NCBI GenBank assembly: GCA_964016885.1
Contig: OZ024759.1
Location: forward strand, 32,612,001-32,676,000
DNA length: 64,000 nucleotides
From: Eledone cirrhosa
Lineage: Eukaryota
Reading direction: 5' to 3'
The position numbers and the translations under genes are program-made. The notes below the pieces were generated by a model, which worked only from the letters and a program-made list of their open reading frames with translations, had not been told where the DNA came from and made no database searches. The first letter of the stretch is position 1. Each line of letters opens with the position of its first letter. Below, piece by piece: positions 38,452 to 53,344 of the stretch.

Positions 38452-38910
38452 ATATTTACATATATACAGCTAGACCCGAACAACAAGTGACGTATATATA
38501 TATATATATACGTCGCTTGTTGTTGGTTATCCCCATGTCAACACTAATCTAGCAGGCATTCCTAAACATGACCATCTCATTGTTTTTTCTGATGTCCTGT
38601 ACGATTATATTCTTTACAAAATTCTAATGTATCCTGCTCCCCTCCTCGCATATTAAAGCTGAGGTTAGCTATGGTTTCTAGCAATGCGAGCGACCAGCCA
38701 GGGGACGTGTTAGCTAAGCTGTGCCTCATGGTTACGTGAATGTGTGAATGGAAGGCCTACGTTTTTACTCCACTTACTACTCAAATGTACAACCAGCTCC
38801 CCCTTCCCCTATATGTATATAGACATCTGATATAGATATATACGTGTGTAGATGTTCGTGCGTGTATATTTTTTTCCGATTTCTCTCTCCCCTCTCTCTC
38901 TCTATCTATC

Positions 38911-38941
<31 letters not shown>

Positions 38942-38991
38942 GAAAGGTATAGAAAACATTGTAGCGAAAAGCCAACAGTATTCCATAATAT

Positions 38992-39059
<68 letters not shown>

Positions 39060-39153
39060 TGTGTGTATGGTTTTTCCCGATTTCTCTCTCTCTCTCTCTC
39101 TCTCTTTATATATATATATATATATATGCCTGTGTGTATGGTTTTCCAGGATT

Positions 39154-39208
<55 letters not shown>

Positions 39209-39681
39209 ACTTTTTACACACACACATTATTTTACATATGTTGACGTTTAACTCCCTCCTCTTTCTTTCATCTAGTTTTCCTCTACCCTTCCTTCCTCAC
39301 TATCTCTGTCTCTTTCTCTCTCACGCGACCCTAATACATAATATATATAGTAATACACACACAAACACTCCACCTAGACAGACGGCGGGATGAAAAGGGA
39401 GAGAGCAAGAGAAAGATATATAAATATATATATAGAGAGAGAGAGACGGAGGCAGATAAATAGATACACACACATATATGTATATACAGAGAGAGAGAGA
39501 GAGAGCAAGCGAAAGAGATGTATATAAATATATAGAGAGGGAGGTGAATCGAAACGCACACAAACATATATATATATATATATATCACACACATACACAC
39601 ATATATATACATATATATATATATAGAGAGAGAGATAAAGAGATACACACGTACAGATAGACGAGAGATAGAGAGATAAAG

Positions 39682-39754
<73 letters not shown>

Positions 39755-39928
39755 CACACACACGTACAGATAGACAAGAGGTGGAAGATAGTGATAGGGG
39801 GTGGCTAATTGTAAGAGAAAAGTTGAAGGGACAGTTTAATAAATCTCAGAAGTTTAAAATAAGTCTGAACGAACAACAAGCACAATCTACAATAAGAGGA
39901 ACACTGAAATAGTTTTAGTTTTGTTTAG

Positions 39929-39977
39929 ATGGCAACACAACACAGTTTTAAAATGGACACTGTTATTTCAGCAGAGG
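39929..39977 (+). CDS. Candidate N-terminal exon of the stomatin-like gene (MATQHSFKMDTVISAE-G)
   Basis: ATG directly preceded by TTTTGTTTAG; 16 codons + 1 nt, then donor GTAAAA; phase 1 matches the exon at 57997. Confidence 0.45.
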
Positions 39978-40055
39978 GTAAAAAAAAACACACTAATATT
40001 TTATATGTGTATATATATATATATATATATGTATATGTATGTTGTGTGTATTATA

Positions 40056-40090
<35 letters not shown>

Positions 40091-40349
40091 TTATATCTGT
40101 TGTGGTTGTGTTTATGTATGTATGTATATGTTGTGTGTGTAGGTTTCTCTCTCTCATATACACGAAGGGTTTCCCAAAAAACGTATACACACTTCAACAG
40201 CATTGTAAGCAAAGTGTGTTTACATCTTTTGAAACACCGTGTGTGTGTTTGTATATATATGAAACAGTTCTATATTAAACATGTTTACACTCTACTAATG
40301 TATTGAGTACCTTACTATGGTTACCTCCAATTGAACACGGGACCCACAC

Positions 40350-40381
<32 letters not shown>

Positions 40382-40634
40382 CTTCCTTTTTACCGATTTC
40401 ACCCGTTACACCCCAACTATGCTGAGGGCGCTCCGTCGTAAAATCAATCATATCGACCCCTAGTACTTATTTCATTGATCTTATGTTGTCAAACCGTTAA
40501 GTTAGGATAAACAAAAACACAAACACACAAATTATGTATTTCCTCCAAACGTGAACCTAATGTGTCTTTGTATTTTGCATATCTGTGTTTGTTTTGTTTC
40601 ATTTATCAACAATATATATATATATTATAATTAA

Positions 40635-40682
<48 letters not shown>

Positions 40683-40870
40683 ACAAAAACAAGTGTGGTG
40701 TGATACCAACTGGACCATAACGCACCAGAGTACTCGATACTTAGGGTAGTAGAGTGGGTAATAGGGAAAGAGCCGGGACCCCGACGGCTGAGCTCCGGCT
40801 ATTTCGACAGCTAGATCCGAACTACCTGTTGAAACGGCCAGAGTTCAGCCGTCGGGGTCCCGACTTTTTT

Positions 40871-40910
<40 letters not shown>

Positions 40911-41091
40911 AAAAAAGTCGGGACCCCGACGGCTGAACTCTGGCCGTTTCGATCTACCTGTCGAAACGGCCGGAGCTCTGCCGTCGGGTTCCTGATACAC
41001 TCACACACACACACATATATATATATACAGAGAGAGAGAGAGCAAGCGAAAGAGATGTATATAAATATATAGAGAGAGGTGAATCAAAACG

Positions 41092-41170
<79 letters not shown>

Positions 41171-41433
41171 ACACACACACGTACAGATAGACAAAGAGGG
41201 GGAGAGAGAGAAAGATATATATAGAGATAAATTCACACACACCTATATATATACACACACACGTACAGATAGACAAGGAGTGGGAGATTCTGATAGTGAT
41301 AGGGGGTGGCTAATTGTAAGAGAAAAGTTGAAGCGACAGTTTAATAAATCTCAGAAGTTTAAAATAAGTCTGAACGAACAACAAGCACAATCTACAATAA
41401 GAGGAACACTGAAATAGTTTTAGTTTTGTTTAG

Positions 41434-41482
41434 ATGGCAACACAACACAGTTTTAAAATGGACACTGTTCTTTCAGCAGATG
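41434..41482 (+). CDS. Duplicated candidate N-terminal exon (MATQHSFKMDTVLSAD-G)
   Basis: Second copy in the tandem duplication; ATG and GT donor retained, two conservative substitutions (I>L, E>D). Confidence 0.4.
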
Positions 41483-41837
41483 GTAAAAAAAAACACACTA
41501 ATATTTTATATGTGTATATATATATATGATTATGTATGTTGTGTGTATTATATATATATATATGTGTATGTATGTATGTTTATATCTGTTGTGGTTGTGT
41601 TTAAGTATGTATGTATATGTTGTGTGTGTAGGTTTCTCTCTCTCTCATATTCACATACGAAGAGTGTCCCAAAAAACGTATACACACTTCAACAGCATTG
41701 TAAGCAAAGTGTGTTTACATTTTTTGAAACACCGTGTGTGTGTTTGTATATATATGAAACAGTTCTATATTAAACATGTTTACACTACTAATATATTTAG
41801 TACCTTACTATGGTTACCTCCAATTGAACCCGGGACT

Positions 41838-41911
<74 letters not shown>

Positions 41912-42172
41912 TGTGTGTGTGTGTCTTCCTTTTTACCGATTTCACCCGTTACACCCCAACTATGCTGGGGGCACCGTCGTAAAATCAATCATATCGACCC
42001 CTAGTACTTATTTCATTGATCTTATGTTGACAAACCGTTAAGTTAGGATAAACAAAAACACAAACACACAAATTATGTATTTCCTCCAAACGTGAACCTA
42101 ATGTGTCTTTGTATTTTGCATCCCTGTGTTTGTTTTGTTTCATTTATCAACAATATATATATATATTATAAT

Positions 42173-42215
<43 letters not shown>

Positions 42216-42571
42216 CAAAAAACAAAAAAAAGTGTGGTGTGATACCAGCTGGACCATAACGCACCAGAGTACTCGATACTTAGGGTAGTAGAGTGGGTAA
42301 TAGGGAAAGAGCCGGGACCCCGACGGCTGAGCTCCGGCTATTTCGACAGCTAGATCCGAACTACCTGTTGAAACGGCCGGAGCTCTGCCGTCGGGCTCCT
42401 GACTCTTTTCCTATATATATATATATAGCTCTGATACTGAATCAATCTAATCCATTCGGATTGTTTTGTCCCAGTTATTCATAGAGCAACATCGGTTGAG
42501 GTTGGCGACTCACTCAGGGATATGTGTAGATATATTCATATATATGTATGTGTCCGCCGCATGTATCTGTG

Positions 42572-42701
<130 letters not shown>

Positions 42702-42891
42702 ATTAACATAGGGATAATGATGGCCATCCCAATCTAATGAAGTGAACTGATTTGTTTATTTTTCAATCCATGAACTGTTTTTGCGGTCAGGGATTTGGTC
42801 AGGTTCCTTATATTTAAGTTGCTTAAGATTTTATATATCCGCGCGAACTACATCTTATCGATCCATTGGTGGTATGTATAAGATGTTATCA

Positions 42892-42954
<63 letters not shown>

Positions 42955-43422
42955 TATACTGCGATAGAGAAGAGAGGGATATATCGTTTGAGAAACATAG
43001 TATTTTGTAAATATATATAAGCACACTTGGATCTAGCTTTCGAAACGGCTGGAGCTCTGCCTTCGTGGTCCTGACTCTTTTCCATTACCCACTCTACTGC
43101 CCTAAACAAATATATATATATATTTGTTTACCTTTTACATACACACACACACACACATATATATATACATTTATTCTTTATTATCGTAAGAGAGACCAAG
43201 TTATAAATGAGTATATTTTATCAAAAGGTATTCTTGGCAGGTGTTAAATAATGTTATTAATAACAATGTTTATATATATATATATAGGAAAAGAGTCAGG
43301 ACCCGACGGCTGAGCTCAGCCGTCGGGGTCCTGACTCTTTTCCTATTACCCACTCTACTACCCTAAGTATCGAGTACTCTGGTGCGTTATGGTCCACCTG
43401 GTACCTTACCACACTTCCTTCG

Positions 43423-43565
<143 letters not shown>

Positions 43566-44400
43566 CACATATACACACATACACACATATACATATACAC
43601 ACAGACACGTGTATTATGTGGCGTTCTTTCGTTTCACATAGACTACAATTTCTTATATATATTATTTTACAGAATATGTTTTTGTTCGTATTTTCTTTAA
43701 TCATTATCAAACATAATTTAAATTTAAGTGTTTTCTTTTACTAAATAAATCTTTCTGAATTTATATAAATATCGTGAAAAACTGATGATACATTGTGATA
43801 TTTCCTTTCCTATATAAAATAAAGTACCAGTAGTGAACTGGCGTCGATTTAATCGACTTGTTCCTTCCCCCGAAATTGTTGGCCTTGTGCTTAAATCAGA
43901 AACCATTGCTATTGTTATGAGAGTGGTGGATTGACAGAATCGGTAGAACATCAGACAACATGCTATGTGGCATAAAGTTACGGCCCTTTACGTTCTGAGT
44001 TCAAATCCCACCGAGATTAGCTTTTCCTTTCATCCTTACAGTGGTCGATAAAATAAAGTACCAGTCACGCACTGGGGGTCGATTTAATCGACTTTGCCCT
44101 TCCTCAAAATTGCTGGCCTTGTGCCTATATAAGAAACCATTATTTTTTTTGTGAGTTCAAATCCCGCCGAGGTTGACTTTGCATTTCATCCTTACGGGGT
44201 CGATAAAATAAAGTACCAGTAATGTACTGAGTTATTGCTGGCCTTGTGCCTAAAGTAGAAACAATTATTTTTTTTGTGTGTGTTTTTACTAATATATCGT
44301 TTACAACAATAGATGAACGTCTTGTAAGGTCGCGGGATCGTACCTCGCCTGGGGCACAACTTCAAGTATTTTGTTATACGGGGTGAGTCATAAGTAACAG

Positions 44401-44451
<51 letters not shown>

Positions 44452-44456
<5 letters not shown>

Positions 44457-45010
44457 CTATAGGCATACCCATACATAAGCATAGTCACATACACACACAC
44501 AACTACAGGCATACCCATACATAACCATAGGCACACACACAACTACAGGCATACACACACACACACAACTATAGGCATACCCATACACAACCATAGGCAC
44601 ACACACACACACACACACACACAAAACTACAGGCATACCCATACATAACCATAGGCACACACACAACTACAGGCATACACACACACACACAACTATAGGC
44701 ATACCCATACACAGCCATAGGCACACACACACACACACACACAAAACTACAGGCATACCCATACATAACCATAGGCATACACACACAACTATATGCATAC
44801 CCATACACAGCCATAGGCACACACACACACACACACAAAACTACAGGCATACCCATATACACCATAGGCACACACACAACTACAGGCATACACACACACA
44901 ACTATAGGCATACCCATACACAACCATAGGCACACACACACAAAACTACAGGCATACCCATACATAACCATAGGCACACACACAACTACAGGCATACACA
45001 CACACACAAC
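44452..45010. repeat. Compound minisatellite (ACAACTA(T/C)AGGCATACCCATACA..CCATAGGC + (CA)n)
   Basis: Repeated constant blocks with CA spacers. Confidence 0.9.
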
Positions 45011-45292
45011 AACAGACATACACCCCGACACTCATACACCCCGACATACACCACCAAAATCGTTCATGCAAATCAACAGTTTTAGTGAAATAACTTAGTG
45101 AGTCACACTTGCCAAACCTGTCCAGTTTTATACATCATCGGGATCAATCATGTGCTATGTATTATATGTATGTATATATATATATATATATATATACACA
45201 CAGTCTCTATATATGTGGGTGTGTATATATATATATATATATATCATCATCATCACCGTCATCGTTTAACATCTATCTTCCATGCTAACATG

Positions 45293-45328
<36 letters not shown>

Positions 45329-45333
45329 TTATG

Positions 45334-45386
<53 letters not shown>

Positions 45387-45408
45387 ATATATATATATAT
45401 TATATATA

Positions 45409-45456
<48 letters not shown>

Positions 45457-45810
45457 TCTTGCCTCAAGTGGGAAAACCCCCGTCCAAACCCATGCAAGCG
45501 TGGAACACGGACGCTAAACCTGATGATGATGATGATGATAGATATGTGTGTGTGTGTGTATGTGTATATACGTGCATCTGTATGTATATGTGTTTCTGTG
45601 TGTGTATATATATATATATTTATGTGTGTGTATATATATATATATTTATGTGTGTGTATATATGTGTTTCTGTGTGTGTGTGTGTATTTATATATATACA
45701 CCATCTAACTCATGCTAACGTGGAAGATGGACGTTAAACGATGATGATGATGATAATATAGACACATTTGTATGTATATATGTGTGGAAGATGGACGTTA
45801 AATGATGATG

Positions 45811-45857
<47 letters not shown>

Positions 45858-45873
45858 TTTTCAAAATCCATTA

Positions 45874-45909
<36 letters not shown>

Positions 45910-48658
45910 TATTGTTTATAGCTCTTAATCAAATTTGGATCGAACAAACACTCAGGTCTATGGTAGGTAGTTATTGGTGGTTATTGGTACTTGTTGGTAG
46001 TTATTGGTAGTTGCTGGTGGTTAGATATCCAGGCTGAGTCACCCACCCACATCTCACTGTCCCCACAAGAATAGACCCTTTTGTTCCTAGTATTAATAAG
46101 GATTGATTTCCAAAAGCTCTATATTGGAACAGTGCTGGCTTCAATATTTGTAGCCAGGGTCCCTCTATGCCAGCTTTTGACTTGTTGCTTTTACTCACTT
46201 TTACTCTCTCTCTTGCTCTCTCTTTCGTTCTCTCACTTCTTGCTCTCTCACTTCTTGCTCTCGCTTTCATTCCCGTTCTCTCTCACTTCTCTCTCTTTAT
46301 TCTTCTGTCACTTTCTCTCTCTCTCTTCTCTCTCTAACTCTTCCCTTATCTCTCCCCTCCCCTCCCACTACTTCTCCCCCGCCCCACTCTATATCAACAA
46401 TCACTCCCCGTTCAGCTCTAACTAAGCCATATTAATTGCTACAATATTTTTTTATTTTAAAAAAACCCACAACACGTAGCCATAACCATAGCATTTCAAT
46501 TTATTTTGAAAATAAAGACTTTTACAGGCAAAACCAACTGGCAGGAGACCCAGGGGTAAACCACAAGCAAGATGGTTGGTTAACATCCATGGGCTCAATT
46601 GGTGTCACTTGAGGAACCTGCCAGATCTAATGGAGTCAGTTGCTTCTGGTAGGACTCTCTGGAAGGGAAAGGAATGTTTGAGGGCTTACTCCAACAAAGT
46701 AGAGGTTGGTTGCTCTCATTTGAGGATCCTGCCAGATCTATTTGAGACAGTTACTTCTGGTTGGACTCTCTGGAAAGGAGTGTTTGAGGACTCTGGCCCA
46801 CCCCTACACCCCTCCCAGGAATAAGTCGGTAAAGAAGATGATAAAGGGCGGTTTTCCTAATGTTGCATGAATTAATATGTTAATTATTTCCTTATTAAGC
46901 TGATGTTTATGATGTTGGATTGGCCGAGTCGGTAGAGTGACAGACTTACATAGCTGTGTTTGTTCCAGCTCTTTATGTGTGGTTAGAGAGTTGGATTCAC
47001 AATCGTGAGGTTGTGAGTTCAATTCTCGGACTGGGTGATGCTTTGTGTCCTTAAGAAAGACACTTTATTTCACGTTCCTCCTTCTGCCAGGAGTTGCGAC
47101 CGGGAGATAGGATTAGCAATGGAAACCTTTCCTTGGTCTAATTTGATGAGGTCCATTCAACTTGGTAAGCGAATGAGGTCTAGGATCTTGTTGATCGATC
47201 AGAGTGATAGGTTTGACCAGTTCACTTTATGGGGCTTAAACCTATGGGGGGGGGGGGCAACTCTGTCTTCTTCCTCCCACTCCAGATAGCAGTGAGTAGG
47301 GAGGTGGCTCAGGGGCCCTTTATTGCCAGAAATCCCCAACAATAATTATAAAGGTTTCCTATGTTATTAGTAGTGGACTAAAGATGGGGAGGGGCTAATT
47401 ACTACTATGTGGTTGCTCAGATATGCTAGAAATTGTAGCCAAATATCCCTCAAATCATACTTTGGTACTCACGCCCTCTAATTACTACTAACGACCGACC
47501 TGTTACTACTACTACTACTACTACTACCCTCTCTAATGCACCCCGATTCCACCTGAACCCCACCCCTCTAGCCCAACCCACGCCACCACCACCTCTAACC
47601 CACCCCACCACCACCTCTAACCCACGCCACTACCACCTCTAACCCACCCCACCACCTCCACCTCTAACCCACCCACCTTCACCTCTAACCCACCCCACCT
47701 CCACCTCTAACCCACCTCACCACCTCCACCTCTAACCCACCTCACCACCTCCACCTCTAACCCACCCCACCTCCACCTACAATATTTACAGAACAGCTGG
47801 ATGGAGTGTATGTTCAATGAGTGGTGGAAGGAGGAAAAAGGATTGTGTGTGGGGGGATGACTATATCTGTATGTGTGGGTGTGTGTCTGCATCTCTGTAT
47901 GAGTGTGTAGTGCCATTGTGTGTGTGTAAAACATCCCTATACACAATACACACACACCACACACCAACCCTACATTCACTACACCACACACCACACCCAC
48001 TACACCACACCACCCCTACTACACCACACACCCTACACACATGGGGTCAGTGTGTCTATACATATAGACATTTCAATATAAATCCTGCAGTTGGGTTTGT
48101 ACCCTACCACCACTACTATCACCACCTCTACACTACTACTATCACCACTACACTACCACTACCTCCACCACTATTACCAATTCCACCACTACTACTATCA
48201 CCACCACCTCTACACTACCACTACCTCCACCTCCACCACTATTACCAATTCCACCACTACTACTATCACCACCGCTACCACTACCTCCACCTCCACCACT
48301 ATTACCAATTCCACCACTACTACTATCACCTCCATCACCACTACTATTACCATCACCTTGACCATCACCACCACCACCCATACCTCCACCACCACCACCA
48401 CCACTATCACTACCTCCACTACCACCACCATCACCACCACCACCACCCATACTTCAACCACCACCACCACTATCACTACCACCACCACCACCATTGCTGC
48501 TATTTTAGGAAATGTAATCATAGATAAACTGATTAAAGACAGAATGGTGCTGGTTGTTTGATAAAGGTTGACCTGGGGCTAAACAACAACAACAATACCA
48601 GCAACAACAACACTAACAACAACAACATCATGATGTTGTTTCTTTGCCGGCTGGCCCC

Positions 48659-48700
<42 letters not shown>

Positions 48701-48823
48701 AAAATGTTTGACCCCGACAGCAGAGCTCAAACATTTTCCTATTACCCACTCTACTACCCTAAGTATTGAGTACTCTGGTGCATTATGGTCCACCTGTTTT
48801 TTATATATATATATAAATAAATA

Positions 48824-49368
48824 AGGCACATGGCTTAGTGGTTAGAGCATTGAGCTTGCAATCGAAAGGTTGTGAGTTCAATTCTCGGACTGGGTGATGT
48901 GTTGTTTCCTTGAGCAAGACACTTTATTTCACATTGGCTCCAGTTTACTCAGCTGTAGAAAGGAAATGATAGGGACTGGGGTCCATATCATTCCACTGCA
49001 AGGTGGTTGTGGAGGTGCCACAGCAAAAAAAGCACCCAACCCACACTGTAAAGTGGACGTGTAGGCGCCACGGTAAAAAAGCACCCAACCCACACTGTAA
49101 AGTGGACGTGTAGGCACCACGGTAAAAAAGCACCCAACCCACACTGTAAAGTGGACGTGTAGGCGCCACGGTAAAAAAAGCACCCAGCACTCACTGTAAA
49201 TGAGGTTGGTGTTAGGAAGGGCATCCAGCTGTAGAAATCAAGCTGTAAAATCAGTACCCGTGTGAGCAAGACAAGGTCAGCCGACCGGACACTGCCCACA
49301 ACAGAACAACCCGCCTAACCCATGCTAGCGGGGAAGAACGGACGTAAAACGGTGATGATGATGATGAT
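48824..49368 (+). mobile_element. tRNA-headed SINE with internal ~50-bp triplication
   Basis: Same head as 31682; GCACCCAACCCACACTGTAAAGTGGACGTGTAGGC repeated 3 times. Confidence 0.8.
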
Positions 49369-49971
49369 ATATGAATGTGTGTGTGTAAATGATTGTAGAA
49401 GCTGTTAAGAAAATAAGCAGAGAGAAGCAAAAACTCTCCAAAATCAAGGGAATCCCTTCATCAGCTGCCATTGGCAAGAGGTTATAGTGATTTTGACATA
49501 TCACATCATACATAATATGTGTATTGTTGTCAGTGTTACTATCTTTCTACAGCCTCCTTCTAATACTGATAACACATTGTTTTATATTAATTTATTACAT
49601 AAACTGTGTAACATAAACAGATTTCTAGAGCTCCATGCTGTAGTGTGGTGGCGATGGTAGTGGTAGTGTGGTGGTGGTATGTTGTAGTGGTGATGGTGGT
49701 GGTGCTATCACTATCATTAGTTAAGGTCACATGGTACGTGCAGTATCTGGCTGTATACATGTGTGTGTGTGTGTCTATACATATATATATATGTGTGTGT
49801 GTGCTTGTCTCTGTGTGTATGCATATATATGTATATGTGTTTGTCTATGTGTGTGTATGTGTGTATATATATATATGTGTGTGTGTGTGTTTGTCTATAT
49901 GTGTGTGTGTATATATATATGGGTTTGTCTATGTGTGTGTATGTGTATATATATATATGTGTTTGTCTGTG

Positions 49972-50008
<37 letters not shown>

Positions 50009-50013
50009 TGGTC

Positions 50014-50054
<41 letters not shown>

Positions 50055-50081
50055 ATATATATATATATATGTGTGTTTGTC

Positions 50082-50122
<41 letters not shown>

Positions 50123-50748
50123 TTGTCTATATGTGTGTGTATATATATATGTGTGTGTGTGTTTATATGTATATATATGTATATATATATATATGTGTGT
50201 GTGTATGTGTATCTGAAGAATTCCACAAGAGATCTCTGTCTCCAGACTTTCTGGGATCTCCACAAAACCTTCCATTGTGAAAGGTTTTCTTCTTAAAACA
50301 ATATAATCAATTCTTCAAATGGTAGTGGTGATGGTGGTGGTGTTGGTGGTGTTGTTGTTGGTGGTGGTGGTGTTGGTGTTAGTGGTGTTGTTGGTGTTGA
50401 TGGTGGTGATTGTTGGTAATGGTAGTGGTTGTGGTGGTGGTGGTGGTGGTGGTGGTGGTGTTGGTGTTGATGGTGATGGTGGTGATTGTAGTGGTTGTGG
50501 TGGTGGTGGTGGTAGTGGTGGTGGTGGTGGTGTTGATGGTGGTGATTGTTGGTGATGGTAGTGGTGGTGTTGGTGTTGGTGGTGTTGATGGTGATGGTGG
50601 TATTTGTTGGTGATGGTGTTATTGGGGTGTTGGTGATGTTGGTGGCTGTGTTGTTGTTGTTGATGTCTTTTATAAATTAAAAGCAACATGATTTAATGAA
50701 AAAAAAAAGAACCTACACCACCACTACTGCCACAACAACAACAATGAC

Positions 50749-50848
<100 letters not shown>

Positions 50849-50905
50849 ATATATATATATATAAAGTTTTGGGGCTGTGAAGTGTACAAACCAATCTATG
50901 TACAT

Positions 50906-50983
<78 letters not shown>

Positions 50984-51615
50984 ATGTAAGTGTTCTATTC
51001 ATGCACTCATACAAATATATATTATATATACAGGGGGCGTAGCTGTCAAGACAAGTCTTCTAGTGTCTACATGATAGATTTAGCTATTTGGGGTTATTTT
51101 GACATATCAAAGATAGCAGTGGTGTGTGTGTGTGTGTATTGGTCTGTGTGTATGTGTATTGGAGTGTATCACATCATTATCACCATCATCATCGTTTAAC
51201 GTCCATTTTCCACGCTAGCGTAGATTAGACAGGTTGTCACGTTAGTGGCAGGCACATTGTGTCAGGTGACCGTGTCTTGTTCATATAGGACTGTTCATGT
51301 GGGTATTTGCATTTGCAGCCCATGCATAACTTTATGTTGGTGTTTGTGTGTTTGTGTATGTATGCCATACATGCCTGTGTGTTTGTATTTGCAGCTCATA
51401 CATAATTCTGGTGTATGTGTTTAAGATACTTAAACACATCTATGTGTGTGTGTGTTTCAACATACGTCTGCTTCATAAAAGATGATTTGATATGCTAGAT
51501 ATGTTTCGTGGTCCTGGGACTGTAAACTCCTCATGAGGTTATTGGGGGCACCATGTTGATATACTGCATGTCTCGAACATTTCTAACCTAGCAAAGACCA
51601 TCCTTCTCTAGGTTT

Positions 51616-53344
51616 ATCCCATTCAGTCATCAGAAGAATGTTGGTGTAAAAACCACAGTGGCTATCTTCAATTTGGTATTCTTGCTAACCCTTACCTATG
51701 GTCATGAATTTTGGGTAATGACCGGAAGAATATGATTGCAAATTCAAGCGGCCGAAATGGGGTTCCTCCGAAAGCTCTTTGGAGTAACGTTACTCAATAG
51801 AGTGCATAGCTTGGAGATCAGAGAGTCACTCCAGGTAGAGCTGCTACTTGTCCGAATAGAGAGATCACAGTTCTGATACTATGGACATGTGGTTAGAATG
51901 TCTCGGAAAGAATCACTGGAGTCACACCAGGTAGAGCTGCTACTTGTCCAAATTGAGAGATCACAGTTCTGATACTATGGACATGTGGTTAGAATGTCTC
52001 GGAAAGAATCACTGGAGTCACACCAGGTAGAGCTGCTACTTGTCCAAATTGAGAGATCACAGTTCTGATACTATGGACATGTGGTTAGAATGTCTCGGAA
52101 AGAATCACTGGAGTCACACCAGGTAGAGCTGCTACTTATCCAAATTGAGAGATCACAGTTCTGATACTATGGACATGTGGTTAGAATGTCTCGGAAAGAA
52201 TCACTGGAGTCACACCAGGTAGAGCTGCTACTTGTCCAAATTGAGAGATCACAGTTCTGATACTATGGACATGTGGTTAGAATGTCTCGGAAAGAATCAC
52301 TGGAGTCACTCCAGGTAGAGCTGCTACTTATCCAAATTGAGAGATCACAGTTCTGATACTATGGACATGTGGTTAGAATGTCTCGGAAAGAATCACTGGA
52401 GTCACACCAGGTAGAGCTGCTACTTGTCCAAATTGAGAGATCACAGTTCTGATACTATGGACATGTGGTTAGAATGTCTCGGAAAGAATCACTGGAGTCA
52501 CACCAGGTAGAGCTGCTACTTGTCCAAATTGAGAGATCACAGTTCTGATACTATGGACATGTGGTTAGAATGTCTCGGAAAGAATCACTGGAGTCACACC
52601 AGGTAGAGCTGCTACTTGTCCAAATTGAGAGATCACAGTTCTGATACTATGGACATGTGGTTAGAATGTCTCGGAAAGAATCACTGGAGTCACACCAGGT
52701 AGAGCTGCTACTTATCCAAATTGAGAGATCACAGTTCTGATACTATGGACATGTGGTTAGAATGTCTCGGAAAGAATCACTGGAGTCACACCAGGTAGAG
52801 CTGCTACTTGTCCAAATTGAGAGATCACAGTTCTGATACTATGGACATGTGGTTAGAATGTCTCGGAAAGAATCACTGGAGTCACTCCAGGTAGAGCTGC
52901 TACTTATCCAAATTGAGAGATCACAGTTCTGATACTATGGACATGTGGTTAGAATGTCTCGGAAAGAATCACTGGAGTCACACCAGGTAGAGCTGCTACT
53001 TGTCCAAATTGAGAGATCACAGTTCTGATACTATGGACATGTGGTTAGAATGTCTCGGAAAGAATCACTGGAGTCACACCAGGTAGAGCTGCTACTTGTC
53101 CAAATTGAGAGATCACAGTTCTGATACTATGGACATGTGGTTAGAATGTCTCGGAAAGAATTGTTGAACAGATTTTATGACCGAAACCAACAGGCAGGAG
53201 ATCCAGGGGTAGACCCTGAGCAAGGCGGTTGGATAACATCCATGAGCTTGGCTGGTCTTGCTTGGGGATCCAGCCGGATCAGTTGGAGAGGGTTGCTTCT
53301 GACACGACCCTTCCAGGAATAAGTGGGCAAAGAAGAAGATGAGG
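51616..53344 (+). mobile_element. 5'-truncated RTE LINE with an internal 96-bp array (14 copies, ~51823-53161) and 48-bp diverged TSD
   Basis: Encodes LTYGHEFWVMT..IQAAEMGFLRK..IERSQF*YYGHVVRM; flanking direct repeat ATGTCTCGAACATTT..CTCTAGGTTT at 51568-51615 and 53345-53392. Confidence 0.85.

Larger units (their letters stand above)
39481..42412 (+). repeat. ~1.5-kb tandem segmental duplication (copy 1 ~39481-40872, copy 2 ~41023-42412)
   Basis: Collinear near-identical unique blocks (e.g. GGGGTGGCTAATTGTAAGAGAAAAGTTG, TTCACCCGTTACACCCCAACTATGCTG) with scattered SNPs. Confidence 0.92.

Noticed and set aside
47570-47780. TAACCC-containing repeat resembling telomeric sequence
   Set aside because: The unit is CCACCTCTAACCCACC-like, not tandem CCCTAA.
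49420-49470. Minus-strand CTGATGA with an adjacent hairpin (similar partial motifs near 34152, 50213 and 58735-58770)
   Set aside because: GAAA box, cleavage triplet or stem I not recoverable, so too degenerate to call.
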